NCBI GenBank assembly: GCA_040005235.1
Contig: JBDTZG010000046.1
Coordinates: 1 to 43,059 of the forward strand
Length of the DNA stretch: 43,059 bases
Origin: Acidobacteriota bacterium
GTDB lineage: Bacteria > Acidobacteriota > Thermoanaerobaculia > Multivoradales > UBA5704
Direction of reading: 5' to 3'
This document shows, piece after piece, positions 17,239 to 26,971 of this stretch. The first letter of the stretch is position 1. Each line of letters opens with the position of its first letter. Under the pieces are notes generated by a model. It made no database searches, was not told where the DNA came from, and saw nothing but the letters and a program-made list of their open reading frames with translations. The position numbers were made by a program, and so were the translations under genes.

Positions 17239-19311
17239 CTACAGCGTGCAGGCCGGCCGGGCGCCGCAGGCGATGCCGTGGGCCGTGTAGGCGTCCCAGA
17301 TTCTGCAGCCGTTCGGCGTGCCGTTCGCGAGGTTCCCGTCATCGTCGTCGGCCGCCAGGAACACTGTGTACCAGTTCGAGGCGGCGCAGCCGTCCACCAC
17401 CGCCGCAGGGTTGCATTTGCCTCCCGAGGCGACCCGGTAGGCGGACTTGCTGGGGGTGAGGCTCTTGTACCAGATCGAATCCATCGTGGCCCAGCCGGTG
17501 GTCGAACCGTAGCGGCTGACCAGCGACTGCGCGAGATCCCAGTTCGCCGTGCTGGCGATGTGGCTCTCGCAGTGGCCTTCATAGCCCATCGGGCCCTGGT
17601 AGGCGCCGATGATGAAGAACTGGTAGTACGGGCAGGAGTAGCGATCGCAGTTGATGCCGTTGTTGTCCGCCACCGTGCTGGGTTTGGCGATCGTCTTGGT
17701 GCCCAGGGTAGAGAAGTCCTGCATGTCGCGCACGCCCGTGCAGGTCGTGCAGTTCGCGCAGGTCACACCGGGCTGAAAGTTCGGGCCGATGCAGCTGTTC
17801 TTGGTTTCGAGGAACGCGAACGTGTCGCCCACCGCCTCGCCGGTCCCTTTGTCGCTCGCCGCTCCGCCCGAGTTGGTATCCATCCCATGGCCCCACTCGT
17901 GGAGGAAGACCGCGGCGATTTCGCCGGTGTTCGAGCAGCCGCCGCCCGAGCGGTAGAAGTTGACCGCGGTGCCGTCCCAGAAGGCGTTGCACGTGTTGTT
18001 GATGTTCATGTTGGCGGTGAGCGTGCCGTTCAGCCAGGCGTTGCCGGGCAGGAAGCCGGCAGCCTTCCGATTGATGTTGGTCAGGTGGTAGTAGCCCGAG
18101 CGGGTCGCGTGGGTATCGCCTACGCCGCCGACGCCCGGCGTCGTGCAGTCGGTGCCGCCGCTCGTGCCGAACGCCAGGTTGCCGCTCGAAGAATCCGACA
18201 ACGAGATCGCGCCGCAGGTGTCGACCATTTTGATGTACTTCCCGTTCAAGGTGGAGGTCGCCGCGCCGCCGCCGTAGGTGTAGTTGCCGGAAGCATCCGT
18301 GACTTTCACCGCGCCGTTCGTGACGTTGGCAAACGGCAGCCCCTTGACCACCTCGGCGTCCGTGTTGGTGGTCGGATAGATGCCGCCGGTCACCTGGGCA
18401 TACGAGTTCAGGTCGAGCATTTCGAGCACGCGGCCGCTCTTCGCATCGACCACCGCTTGCCAGGTGGTCGGGTCGCCGCCGCGGCGGAACGCGAGGCGCC
18501 AGGCGAGGACGTGGTTATAGCCCTGGCCGGTAGTGCCTTTAAAGCTCATCGCCGGAGCCTCTCCGGCCGTGAGGGTCGGGTAGATCCGCAGCTCCCCCGC
18601 GTTAACGATCTCGGTCTTCTCGAACAAGCCGACGCCGAGCCCCACGAGCGCCTGGGCGAACGCCTCTTCGCGACCAATGCGCGGCCGGGTGTCGAGGCGA
18701 ACGTCCGCGACCCGCTCGGCGCCGAACTGGACGATGTTGCCGTGGTTGATCCGGAAGAAGACGTTCGCTCCATCGACCGGAAGCCCGCGGTAAACCTGCT
18801 GTAGCTCGACCGACCAGAAATGACCGTCGCCCGCCTTGGCGCTCGACGTTGGGTCGAGGCGCAGCTGGCTCGGCAAAACGCGTAGAACTTCGGGAAACTG
18901 CGCCAGGAACGCGCGCAGCCGGCCTTCGACATCGGCGAGCGTGATCTCTCCCCCGTGCCCCAGCTTCAGGTCATCCCGGGTCAGACGATTGCCCTTGCCC
19001 GGCAGGAGCGGAATGCCGATTCCCTCGATCAGGTTCGGCCGGCCGCTGCGGGTGTCCATTCGGATTTCCCACTCGGTCGTTTGGTGGGCGAAAAAGCTCT
19101 GGAACGAAGCGAGATCCGCCGCCCGGCGAGTTCCCTTCTCATAGATCGCCAGAGAGGGCGTCACTTCGAGATCGGGGACCTTGCCTCCGCGCTCGAAAGC
19201 CGGACGCAGCGCGCCGGAAGTAGGGGCCGGGGGTTGAATGGCGAGGGCGAGCGACGGGCTCAACACGGCCGCCGCGAGGACGATGACACTCCTCGAACCG
19301 AGGGTTTTCAC
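17239..19311 (-). CDS. Secreted thermolysin/fungalysin-like (M4/M36) zinc metallopeptidase with propeptide
   Basis: Signal peptide; FTP-like QQVYRGLPVDG; PepSY-like AVVDAKSGRVL; CNAFWDG; HEWGH; GTGEAVGD; AAGGAGG RBS before GTG. Confidence 0.8.
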   Translation of the reverse strand: MKTLGSRSVIVLAAAVLSPSLALAIQPPAPTSGALRPAFERGGKVPDLEVTPSLAIYEKGTRRAADLASFQSFFAHQTTEWEIRMDTRSGRPNLIEGIGIPLLPGKGNRLTRDDLKLGHGGEITLADVEGRLRAFLAQFPEVLRVLPSQLRLDPTSSAKAGDGHFWSVELQQVYRGLPVDGANVFFRINHGNIVQFGAERVADVRLDTRPRIGREEAFAQALVGLGVGLFEKTEIVNAGELRIYPTLTAGEAPAMSFKGTTGQGYNHVLAWRLAFRRGGDPTTWQAVVDAKSGRVLEMLDLNSYAQVTGGIYPTTNTDAEVVKGLPFANVTNGAVKVTDASGNYTYGGGAATSTLNGKYIKMVDTCGAISLSDSSSGNLAFGTSGGTDCTTPGVGGVGDTHATRSGYYHLTNINRKAAGFLPGNAWLNGTLTANMNINNTCNAFWDGTAVNFYRSGGGCSNTGEIAAVFLHEWGHGMDTNSGGAASDKGTGEAVGDTFAFLETKNSCIGPNFQPGVTCANCTTCTGVRDMQDFSTLGTKTIAKPSTVADNNGINCDRYSCPYYQFFIIGAYQGPMGYEGHCESHIASTANWDLAQSLVSRYGSTTGWATMDSIWYKSLTPSKSAYRVASGGKCNPAAVVDGCAASNWYTVFLAADDDDGNLANGTPNGCRIWDAYTAHGIACGARPACTL

Positions 19312-19438
19312 GTTCGTCTCCTCCTTGTCTGTTTCAGGACTAGCCTGTAAACATCGATGGTGCTCGCGAAAGGAAAGAGCGAGACGAGAAGGAGGTGTTT
19401 TAAGCCGCGGAATTTTGTCCCGGAAAGTTGGTCTGGCT

Positions 19439-19469
19439 AAAAGATGCCATTGCGCCGGGCAATGGCATC
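19439..19469 (-). terminator. Rho-independent terminator after the cyanophycinase gene
   Basis: GATGCCATTGC-5 nt-GCAATGGCATC perfect 11-bp stem followed by TTTT on the minus strand. Confidence 0.7.
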
Positions 19470-19473
19470 AAGA

Positions 19474-20460
19474 TCAGTACGGATTGGCGTCGATCACGCC
19501 GGTCGTCACGCTCCGCAGATAGTAGCCCGTGGTCGGACGGGTGGCCAAATTGAAGGTGCCGCCGGGACTCACTTTCCAGATCTTGAACCCCGAATAGGTG
19601 AGCGGTGTCTTCGCACGGCAGGCCTGCGGGGCGTGGTCGGCGAGCACGAAATAGGCGGCGCCGGTGCCCATCACGGTCGCAAGGCCGTTGCGGTCCACCA
19701 CGACGGAGGTGGCCTCGTCCACCGCGATCGAGAGCACGCTCGTCGCTCGGCCGTCCTGGATCTGCCGCGCGAGGAACGCCATCGTCCGGCCCATCCGGTC
19801 GCGGGTGACGAAATGGCTGTCGGTGATCGTGCCCTGCAAATGATTCCAATGGAAAAAATCGTAGGTGAACGTGACGGTTCGCGCGTAAGGGTTCGCCAAG
19901 GCTTCGCTCGACAAGGCGCTGCCCGAGCAGGCGTCGTAGGTGAAATCGCCCAGGATCGCGTGCCCGGCACTCGTTCCGCCGACCGATCCCCCTTTGGCGT
20001 AGACGGATTCGACCGCGGTCTCGACCAGAGTGCCCTTGAAATTCTTCACGTAGTCGCACTGATCACCGCCGGCAAAGAACACCACCTCGGCATTTTTGAT
20101 CGTCGCCTCGACCGCCGCCGTGTTGGCGCTCGCCGCGCTCGTGATCACCAGGGTTTCCACCGAATCGACTCCGTTCATCGCCGCGACCGACGCGTTGTAA
20201 CCGTCCGAGCCGGTCGAGCGCAGAATCACCACATCGATCTTGGTCGAGCAATTGGTGCAGCCGCGCGCCTGATCGATCATCCATTGGATCGCCGCGTCGA
20301 CGTCGAGCCCGCCGCCCCCGAGGTCATGCGACGGACCGGTCAAGGACGCCACCGCATCGGCCGCGTTTCCGGTGAGATACCGCGTGACCTTCGCCTCGGC
20401 GGAGCTCGCCGCCATGACCCAAAGACTCAATGCCACGCCTGCGCGCACGACTCGATTCAT
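19474..20460 (-). CDS. Secreted cyanophycinase-like S51 peptidase
   Basis: Signal peptide MNRVVRAGVALSLWVMAASSAEA; FFAGGDQ, GGTSAG nucleophile, DSHFVTRDRMGR, VDEAT. Confidence 0.8.
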   Translation of the reverse strand: MNRVVRAGVALSLWVMAASSAEAKVTRYLTGNAADAVASLTGPSHDLGGGGLDVDAAIQWMIDQARGCTNCSTKIDVVILRSTGSDGYNASVAAMNGVDSVETLVITSAASANTAAVEATIKNAEVVFFAGGDQCDYVKNFKGTLVETAVESVYAKGGSVGGTSAGHAILGDFTYDACSGSALSSEALANPYARTVTFTYDFFHWNHLQGTITDSHFVTRDRMGRTMAFLARQIQDGRATSVLSIAVDEATSVVVDRNGLATVMGTGAAYFVLADHAPQACRAKTPLTYSGFKIWKVSPGGTFNLATRPTTGYYLRSVTTGVIDANPY

Positions 20461-20774
20461 CGGCAGCCTCCTACTCTTCGAGAGTTTCTGGAGGAGTTCA
20501 TACCACAAGAGAGGAATTGCCGAACTTTCCGGTTCGGAATCCAGCAGGCGACGATCTTGCCGAAACCACGCCATCCACAGGGGGAACGAGCCCGGGGGCC
20601 GCGACGGCACCGCCCTTGCTACCGTGTCGCTCCAACGCTTTCGCCTTAGCGCGGAAACGCGGAGGGTAAAGCCAAACTCCCAGGGGGAGTGGGACAAACG
20701 CCGGGCGATCCGTTCCCGCAGGATCGATCCGGACCCGCTCATGTTGCGCGCGGGGCTTTTCGAAGGAGATGCAA

Positions 20775-21347
20775 ATGACCAAAATCAAACAGCTACTTCC
20801 CATACTGGCTCTCGCAGGACTCCTGGCCAGCCCGGCCCTGGCGACGGATTTCGGCCTCTATGGCTCGTACTGGGACACGGATGCCCTGAATTCAACCGCA
20901 GGCGCCGGCGCGAAGGTCGGGTTCGGCAGCGGCGTGGTTCGCTTCGAGGTGCGGGCCAGCCATTTCCCCGATCTCTCCGAGAACGTGAACGAATTGATCG
21001 ACGACGGTACCGGCCGCTTCAAGGTCCGGGCGACGGTGCCCGAGGCCGGATTGACGTTCAACTTCGCGCCCGAGAGCCGATTCCAGCCGTATATCGGCGC
21101 GGGTGCTTCCTACTACGTCCTCGACACCAACCGGTTCGAGATCGACGACGAGATCGGCTGGTACGGATTGGTCGGCTTCCACGTCGGCGGCGCGAACGGC
21201 GGCCCGGCGTTCTTCGCCGAAGGCGTCTACCACAAAGTCGACGCGACCATCGTGAACGACGACGCCTCCGACCCGGACGTGAACGGCAAGGTCGACTTCG
21301 ACCTGTCCGGCCCGGCGGTGAACGCGGGCGTGCTCTTCCGGTTCTAG
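20775..21347 (+). CDS. Small outer-membrane beta-barrel protein (OmpW/OmpA-barrel-like)
   Basis: GAAGGAG RBS; signal peptide; FQPYIGAGASY; terminal GVLFRF beta-signal. Confidence 0.8.
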   Translation: MTKIKQLLPILALAGLLASPALATDFGLYGSYWDTDALNSTAGAGAKVGFGSGVVRFEVRASHFPDLSENVNELIDDGTGRFKVRATVPEAGLTFNFAPESRFQPYIGAGASYYVLDTNRFEIDDEIGWYGLVGFHVGGANGGPAFFAEGVYHKVDATIVNDDASDPDVNGKVDFDLSGPAVNAGVLFRF

Positions 21348-21376
21348 TCCGAGGCATCCAACCGAGGTTCACCGAA

Positions 21377-21403
21377 AACGGCGGGGAAGGTTTCCCCGCC
21401 GTT
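21377..21403. terminator. Likely bidirectional terminator between convergent genes
   Basis: AACGGCGGGGAA-GGT-TTCCCCGCCGTT with A-run before and T-rich sequence after. Confidence 0.7.
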
Positions 21404-21409
21404 CGATTT

Positions 21410-22543
21410 TCAGGCCCGGCGCCGGATCGCGGCTCCCGGTGTCACCGGCTCCATCGCCCGCAGGTATTGCCGATCGAACGCCGCGAGCTGACTTTCGAGC
21501 TCCGAGTAAGGTCCCGGCTGCCAGGCGTTCGAGGCCACGCCCTTGTAGGCGTTCCTGCACAGCTCCCAGTCCTGGCGGTTGGTGAGATCCCAAAAATCGA
21601 TCGCGGGTTGCGGATCGAAGCCCGGAGCCACGATCGCGTCAGGGTGGAAATACCACTCGCAGACGATGCGCGTCCGATCGATCCCCAGCGCCTGCGCGCG
21701 GTGGACCAGCACGTAGTCGGGATGGAACGACAGGAACGCGCTGGGAAACAGCGTGTAGTAATAGACCCGTCCGGCCTGCTCGGGCGAAAGCCCGGGCAAC
21801 GGCACGGCGCAGCGTCCGCCGCCGATCGTCATGCTCCCTTCCGGGTCGCTCATCCACATCGGACCGCCGAGCACCGGTCCTTCGTCGAGGTCGTTCTCGG
21901 TGTTGCGGTAGGGGGTTAGTTTATTCAGGTGCGGATGCACCCCCGGGCAGTGGTAACACTCGCTGTAGTTGTGGAAGAACAGCTTCCAGTTCGCCTCGAC
22001 CTCGTAGACCGTGCGATGAACCGAACGAAGGTCGCCCAAGCGCCACTCCGAAAACCGCGACGCGAGGCCGGGCAACGCTTGATCGAACGGCACCGGATCG
22101 GCCGCGACGTTGACGAACACCAGGCCCTGCCATTCGGCCAGCGCCACCGGCAGCAGCGACCAATCCCCTTTGTCGAATCCCTGCACCTCCGTCATGTTGG
22201 GCGCCCCGCGGAGCGCGCCGTCCAAGCCATAGGTCCAGGCGTGGTAGGGGCACTGGATGGCTTTGCCCAACACCCCGCTCGGATCGCCGCAGAGCCGGGT
22301 GCCGCGATGACGGCAGAGGTTGTGGAACGCCCGGATCTCGCCGTCGGTTCCGCGCACCACCATCACGCTCTCGCGGTCGAGCTCGAACAGGAAGAAACTT
22401 CCCGGGGCGGCAAGCTGCGAGACGTGGCCAGCCAGCAACCAGGAACGGTGGAAGATCCGCTCGCGCTCCAGCCGGAAGATTATGTCGGACGAGAAGTATT
22501 CGCCGGAGAGTGTGTGCTGTCCGAAGGAGGAGCGCGGTTTCAT
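21410..22543 (-). CDS. Rieske non-heme iron oxygenase alpha subunit (GbcA/choline monooxygenase-like clade)
   Basis: CRH...CPYH Rieske ligands; ANWK...NYSECYHCPGVHP; NRQDW..C; PGPYS. Confidence 0.88.
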   Translation of the reverse strand: MKPRSSFGQHTLSGEYFSSDIIFRLERERIFHRSWLLAGHVSQLAAPGSFFLFELDRESVMVVRGTDGEIRAFHNLCRHRGTRLCGDPSGVLGKAIQCPYHAWTYGLDGALRGAPNMTEVQGFDKGDWSLLPVALAEWQGLVFVNVAADPVPFDQALPGLASRFSEWRLGDLRSVHRTVYEVEANWKLFFHNYSECYHCPGVHPHLNKLTPYRNTENDLDEGPVLGGPMWMSDPEGSMTIGGGRCAVPLPGLSPEQAGRVYYYTLFPSAFLSFHPDYVLVHRAQALGIDRTRIVCEWYFHPDAIVAPGFDPQPAIDFWDLTNRQDWELCRNAYKGVASNAWQPGPYSELESQLAAFDRQYLRAMEPVTPGAAIRRRA

Positions 22544-22622
22544 GGTGGCGGAAGTCTAGCCTAGCGCCGCCGAGCCGGCCCTCGTGGTAATCTCCCCGCG
22601 CCTTTTTCGGACGCCCGAGACC

Positions 22623-23822
22623 ATGCCGATCCCCTCGCCCTTTCACGAGCGCACGTCGCCTCTCTGCACCAGCTACCGCTGGAAGGACTGGGCGGGGTAT
22701 TGCGCCGTCTCCAGCTACGACACCAGCCACGAGCGGGAGTATTTCGCCTTCCGCGAAGCGGCCGGCCTGCTCGACGTTTCCCCTCTCTATAAGTACGAAG
22801 TGACCGGCAAAGACGCCGCGGCGCTGCTCGGCCGGATGATGGTGCGCGACGTCACCAAGCTCAAGGTCGGCCGGGTCGCCTACACCTGCTGGTGCGACGA
22901 TGGCGGCAAGGTGGTCGACGACGGAACGGTGGCCCGTCTGGCCGAGGATCATTTCCGGGTGACGGCGGCCGACCCGACGCTCCATTGGCTCCATGCGCTC
23001 TCCCGCGGCTTCGACGTTGCGATCGAGGATTCGAGCGCGCGGCTCGCGGCCTTGGCGCTCCAGGGACCGACCTCGCGCGACATCTTGAAGTGCGTGACAG
23101 ACGCCGACCTCGACAAGCTCAAGTTCTTCGGCGTGACGAAAGCCACGATCGGCGGTGTCCGAGCCATCCCCGCCTGGATCAGCCGCACCGGCTATACCGG
23201 CGACCTCGGGTATGAGGTTTGGGTCGAACGCGACCACGCCCTGGCCACCTGGGATGCCTTGATGGAGGCGGGCCATGCCTACGGCATCGAACCCGCGGGA
23301 TTGGACGCGCTGGACGTGGCGCGGGTCGAGGCCGCCTACGTGCTGCTCGCCAACGACTACTTCAGCGCCAAGAAGGTCGTCCTCGAATCGCGCAAGTCGA
23401 CGCCGCACGAGCTGGGCTTCGGCTGGATGGTCGATTTGAACCGCAATTTCATCGGCCGCGACGCGATCGCCACCGAGGTGAAGCGCGGCTCGATCTGGCA
23501 GCTCGTGGGCCTGGAAATCAGTTGGGAAGAGCTCGAAGCGCTCTACGCGAGCTTTAACCTGCCGCCGAGCCTTCCGGTCACAGCCCGGCGCGACGCGCTG
23601 CCGGTCTACGTCGAGGACGGGCGGCAGATCGGCCAGGCGACCAGCCACACCTGGTCGCCGATCCTCAAGAAATATCTCGCCATCGCCTCGGTCCGTCGCG
23701 GCTTCGAGACGCTCGGCGGCAAACTCCTTATTGAGCACACCGTCGAGTACGAGCGGCGCCAGGTGACGGCGACCGTCGCCAAGCTCCCCTTCTACGACCC
23801 CGAGAGGAAGCGCAAGCCGTGA
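22623..23822 (+). CDS. GcvT/DmdA-family folate-dependent aminomethyltransferase
   Basis: DVSPLYK, DDGTV, LQGP, SRTGYTGDLGYE, R.EA, PFYDP. Confidence 0.88.
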   Translation: MPIPSPFHERTSPLCTSYRWKDWAGYCAVSSYDTSHEREYFAFREAAGLLDVSPLYKYEVTGKDAAALLGRMMVRDVTKLKVGRVAYTCWCDDGGKVVDDGTVARLAEDHFRVTAADPTLHWLHALSRGFDVAIEDSSARLAALALQGPTSRDILKCVTDADLDKLKFFGVTKATIGGVRAIPAWISRTGYTGDLGYEVWVERDHALATWDALMEAGHAYGIEPAGLDALDVARVEAAYVLLANDYFSAKKVVLESRKSTPHELGFGWMVDLNRNFIGRDAIATEVKRGSIWQLVGLEISWEELEALYASFNLPPSLPVTARRDALPVYVEDGRQIGQATSHTWSPILKKYLAIASVRRGFETLGGKLLIEHTVEYERRQVTATVAKLPFYDPERKRKP

Positions 23823-25411
23823 GTGCCAAGCAATACGACGCCATCGTGGTGGGCGCCGGCCACAACGGCCTGATCTGCGCGGCCTATCTCGCCAAGGCGG
23901 GGCGGAAGGTGCTGGTGCTCGAACGGCGCTATCAGGTGGGCGGGGCGACGACCAGCGAAGAGATCTACCCCGGGTTCACCTATACCTGCTGCTCGTACGT
24001 GGTCTCGCTGCTTCGACCGTGGATCATCCGCGACCTCGACCTGCCGCGCTACGGCTACGAGATCCTGCCGCTGGAGTCGACGTTCACGCCGTTTCCCGAC
24101 GGCCGTTATCTGATGCGCGACAGCGACCCTGAGCGCACCCGCCGCTCGATCGCCAAGTTTTCAGCCCGGGACGCCGAGGTCTACAAGCGCTTCGGCCAAG
24201 AGATGGCCGAGCTGGGCAGGCTGATCAAGCCGCTGATCGACGACCCCGCCCCCGATCCGCTGTCGCGCGATCCGCGCGAGCTGCTGCGCCTCGGCCGGCT
24301 GGGCAAGCAGCTGCGCGGCCAGGGCGACGAGTGGCTCTACGCGAACGTCAAGATGATGACGATGAGCGCGGTCGATTTCCTTTCGGAGCGCTTCGAGTGT
24401 GAAGAGCTGATCGCGCCGATGGCGATCTCGGGGATCATCGGCACGTTCCTCGGCATCCGATCCCCCGGCACGGCGTACGTCCTCCTCCATCACTACATGG
24501 GCGAGATCGACGGCAGCTTCCGCGCCTGGGGCCTCCCCAAGGGAGGAACGGGGGCCATCGCGAACGCGATTGCCGCATCGGCCAAAGCGCTCGGCGTGGA
24601 GATCCGCGCCGAGGCACCCGTCGCCCACCTGTTGATGAAGGGAAACAAAGCGACCGGCGTGGTGCTCGAAAACGGCGATGAGATCCACGCGAAGGCGGTC
24701 GTCTCCGGACTCGATCCTCATCGGACCTTCTTGAAGCTGGTGGGCGAAGAGCACCTCGACCCCGAGATCACCCAACAGGTCAAGCGCTTCAAGATGCGCG
24801 GCTCGTCCGGCAAGGTCAACCTGGCGCTCGATGCCCTGCCCGACCTTGCGTGCCTGCCGGGTCCGGGGCCGCAGCTCACCGGCGGCATCACGATCGCACC
24901 GTCGATCGACTACCTGGAGCGCGGCTACGACGAGGCGAAATACGGCGCCTTCTCGAAAAAGCCGTTCATGGACATCCTGATCCCGTCGCTCACCGATCCG
25001 ACGGTCGCCCCACCGGGCAAGCACACGATGTCGATCTTCGTCCAGTACGCGCCCTATCACCTTAAAGAAGGCGCCGCCGATTGGCCGAACCAGCGCGAGG
25101 CGTTCGGCGACGCGGTGATCGATACGCTGTCGGAATACATGCCGAACCTGAAGGATCGAATCCTCCACCGCCAGGTGCTCTCCCCCTGGGATCTGGAGCA
25201 GATCTACGGTCTCACCGAAGGGAACATCTTCCACGGTGAGCTGTCGCTCGAACAGCTCGCGTTCCTCCGCCCCATGGCCGGCTGGAGCCGCTACAAGACC
25301 CCCGTCGACAACCTCTGGATGTGCGCCTCGGGCACCCACCCGGGAGGCGGCATCATGGGCGCGCCCGGAGCGCTCTGCGCCCGGACGATGCTCGGGAAGC
25401 GGGCGGTCTGA
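23819..25411 (+). CDS. Phytoene-dehydrogenase-like FAD oxidoreductase (copy 1)
   Basis: VVGAGHNGL...LERR..VGG; GNIFHGEL; GTHPGGGIMGAPG. Confidence 0.88.
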   Translation: MSAKQYDAIVVGAGHNGLICAAYLAKAGRKVLVLERRYQVGGATTSEEIYPGFTYTCCSYVVSLLRPWIIRDLDLPRYGYEILPLESTFTPFPDGRYLMRDSDPERTRRSIAKFSARDAEVYKRFGQEMAELGRLIKPLIDDPAPDPLSRDPRELLRLGRLGKQLRGQGDEWLYANVKMMTMSAVDFLSERFECEELIAPMAISGIIGTFLGIRSPGTAYVLLHHYMGEIDGSFRAWGLPKGGTGAIANAIAASAKALGVEIRAEAPVAHLLMKGNKATGVVLENGDEIHAKAVVSGLDPHRTFLKLVGEEHLDPEITQQVKRFKMRGSSGKVNLALDALPDLACLPGPGPQLTGGITIAPSIDYLERGYDEAKYGAFSKKPFMDILIPSLTDPTVAPPGKHTMSIFVQYAPYHLKEGAADWPNQREAFGDAVIDTLSEYMPNLKDRILHRQVLSPWDLEQIYGLTEGNIFHGELSLEQLAFLRPMAGWSRYKTPVDNLWMCASGTHPGGGIMGAPGALCARTMLGKRAV

Positions 25412-26958
25412 TGGCCGCCTCGGCCAATACCATCGTCATCATCGGAGCCGGCCCGAACGGTCTCGCCGCCGCGGCGCGGCTCGCCCAGGCGGGCAGGAAA
25501 GTCCTGGTCGTCGAGCGCGGCGTGGCGGTGGGCGGCCTCTCGGCGCGGCATGAATTCCACCCCGGGTACGCGGTCGCCGGTATCCTCCACGACGAGGCAC
25601 TGCTGCCCCGCGCGGTGGCGGAAAAACTCGGCCTCTCCCGCCAGGGTCTCAAGTTCCGGAAGGCTCCGGCGACCTACCTTGCGGAAGGTAATGGCCCCGG
25701 GCTCCTGCTCCCGAGCGACGCGGCGGGAGCGGCCGAGGCGATCGGCCGGCGCTCCGCGCACGACGCCAAGAGTTATACGGCGATGCGCGCGTTTCTCGAC
25801 CGGATCACGCCGTTGTTCGCCTCAATTCTTTCCGAGCCGCCGCCTGCCATTTCCCCCGGCTCGGCCGGCGACCTCTGGCAGATCGCCAAGCGCGGTCTCT
25901 CGCTCTTCCGGATCGACCGCAAGGATCTCCTGGAGCTGGCGCGCGTGGCGCCGATGTGCGTCGCGGACTTCCTGAACGAACGGTTCGAAACCCCGCTCCT
26001 GGTCGAAGCGCTCGCCGCCCCCGCGGTCGCCTCCACCTGGTCCGGCCCCTGGTCGGCCGGCACGATGACCAACTTCCTCCTCCGCGAATGCGCCGGAGGC
26101 GAAGCGATAGAAGGGGGACCGCCCGCGTTGATCGCAGCCCTCCTCGCCGCCGCAAAGACCGCAGGGGCCGAGATCCGCACGGGAGCGGAAGTCGCGCGCA
26201 TCCGTCTGGATCAAGGCAAAGTCGCGGGCGTCGCGCTCGCCAACGGCGAGACGATCGACGCGAACGTCGTCCTCTCCTCCGCCGACCCCAAGGGGACGAT
26301 GCTCAAACTGCTCGCCCCGGGTACGCTGCCCCTCAAGATCGAAGAAGAGTTCGTCAACCTGCGCGCCCGCGGCACCGCGGCGAAGGTTCACCTCGCCCTC
26401 TCCGGTCCACTCGAATGGAAGGGTGGCGAAGCCGCCCACGAGGCGATCCGCATCGGAGGTGGCCACGTGGACGACCTGGAGCGCTCCTTCGACGCGATCA
26501 AATACCGGCAATTCTCCGAGAAGCCAAACCTCGAAATCCGCGTCCCCACCCTCGCCGATCCGGAGCTAGCCCCCGCCGGCCACCACACCGTCTCGATCCT
26601 CGCAAGCTTCGCCCCCTACAAACTAGAAGGGGGCTGGACCGACGCCGCCCGCGAAAAGCTGGGCGACGCCGTGATCGCCGTCCTCGAACAACACGCCCCC
26701 AACCTCGAGAGCCGCCTCGTGGCTCGCGAAGTCCTCTCCCCCGTCGAACTGGAGACCCGCTTCGCCCTCACCGGAGGCCAGCTCCACCACGGCGAAATCG
26801 CCCTCGACCAACTCCTGATGATGCGCCCGGCGCCCTCGGCGCCGCGCTACAAGACGACGGTCCCCGGGCTGTATCTGGGCGGGGCCGGAAGCCATCCGGG
26901 CGGCGGGGTGCGGATGACGGCGGGGGTTTTGGCGGCGGAGGCGGTGTTGGGGGGCTGA
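25411..26958 (+). CDS. Phytoene-dehydrogenase-like FAD oxidoreductase (copy 2)
   Basis: IIGAGPNGL; GGQLHHGE; GSHPGGG; TGATG overlap with copy 1. Confidence 0.85.
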   Translation: MAASANTIVIIGAGPNGLAAAARLAQAGRKVLVVERGVAVGGLSARHEFHPGYAVAGILHDEALLPRAVAEKLGLSRQGLKFRKAPATYLAEGNGPGLLLPSDAAGAAEAIGRRSAHDAKSYTAMRAFLDRITPLFASILSEPPPAISPGSAGDLWQIAKRGLSLFRIDRKDLLELARVAPMCVADFLNERFETPLLVEALAAPAVASTWSGPWSAGTMTNFLLRECAGGEAIEGGPPALIAALLAAAKTAGAEIRTGAEVARIRLDQGKVAGVALANGETIDANVVLSSADPKGTMLKLLAPGTLPLKIEEEFVNLRARGTAAKVHLALSGPLEWKGGEAAHEAIRIGGGHVDDLERSFDAIKYRQFSEKPNLEIRVPTLADPELAPAGHHTVSILASFAPYKLEGGWTDAAREKLGDAVIAVLEQHAPNLESRLVAREVLSPVELETRFALTGGQLHHGEIALDQLLMMRPAPSAPRYKTTVPGLYLGGAGSHPGGGVRMTAGVLAAEAVLGG

Positions 26959-26971
26959 GGGAACTGGAATC

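Noticed and set aside
20660-20740. c-di-GMP-I (GEMM) riboswitch resemblance (GCCAAAC...GAGTGGGAC..ACGCC)
   Set aside because: Lacks the GNRA tetraloop on that stem and the GACGCAAAGC core; kept only as a generic structured leader
23819-26958. Carotenoid biosynthesis (crtI/crtO) cluster
   Set aside because: No crtB/crtE/crtY nearby; coupling to a GcvT-like gene points to amine/C1 metabolism
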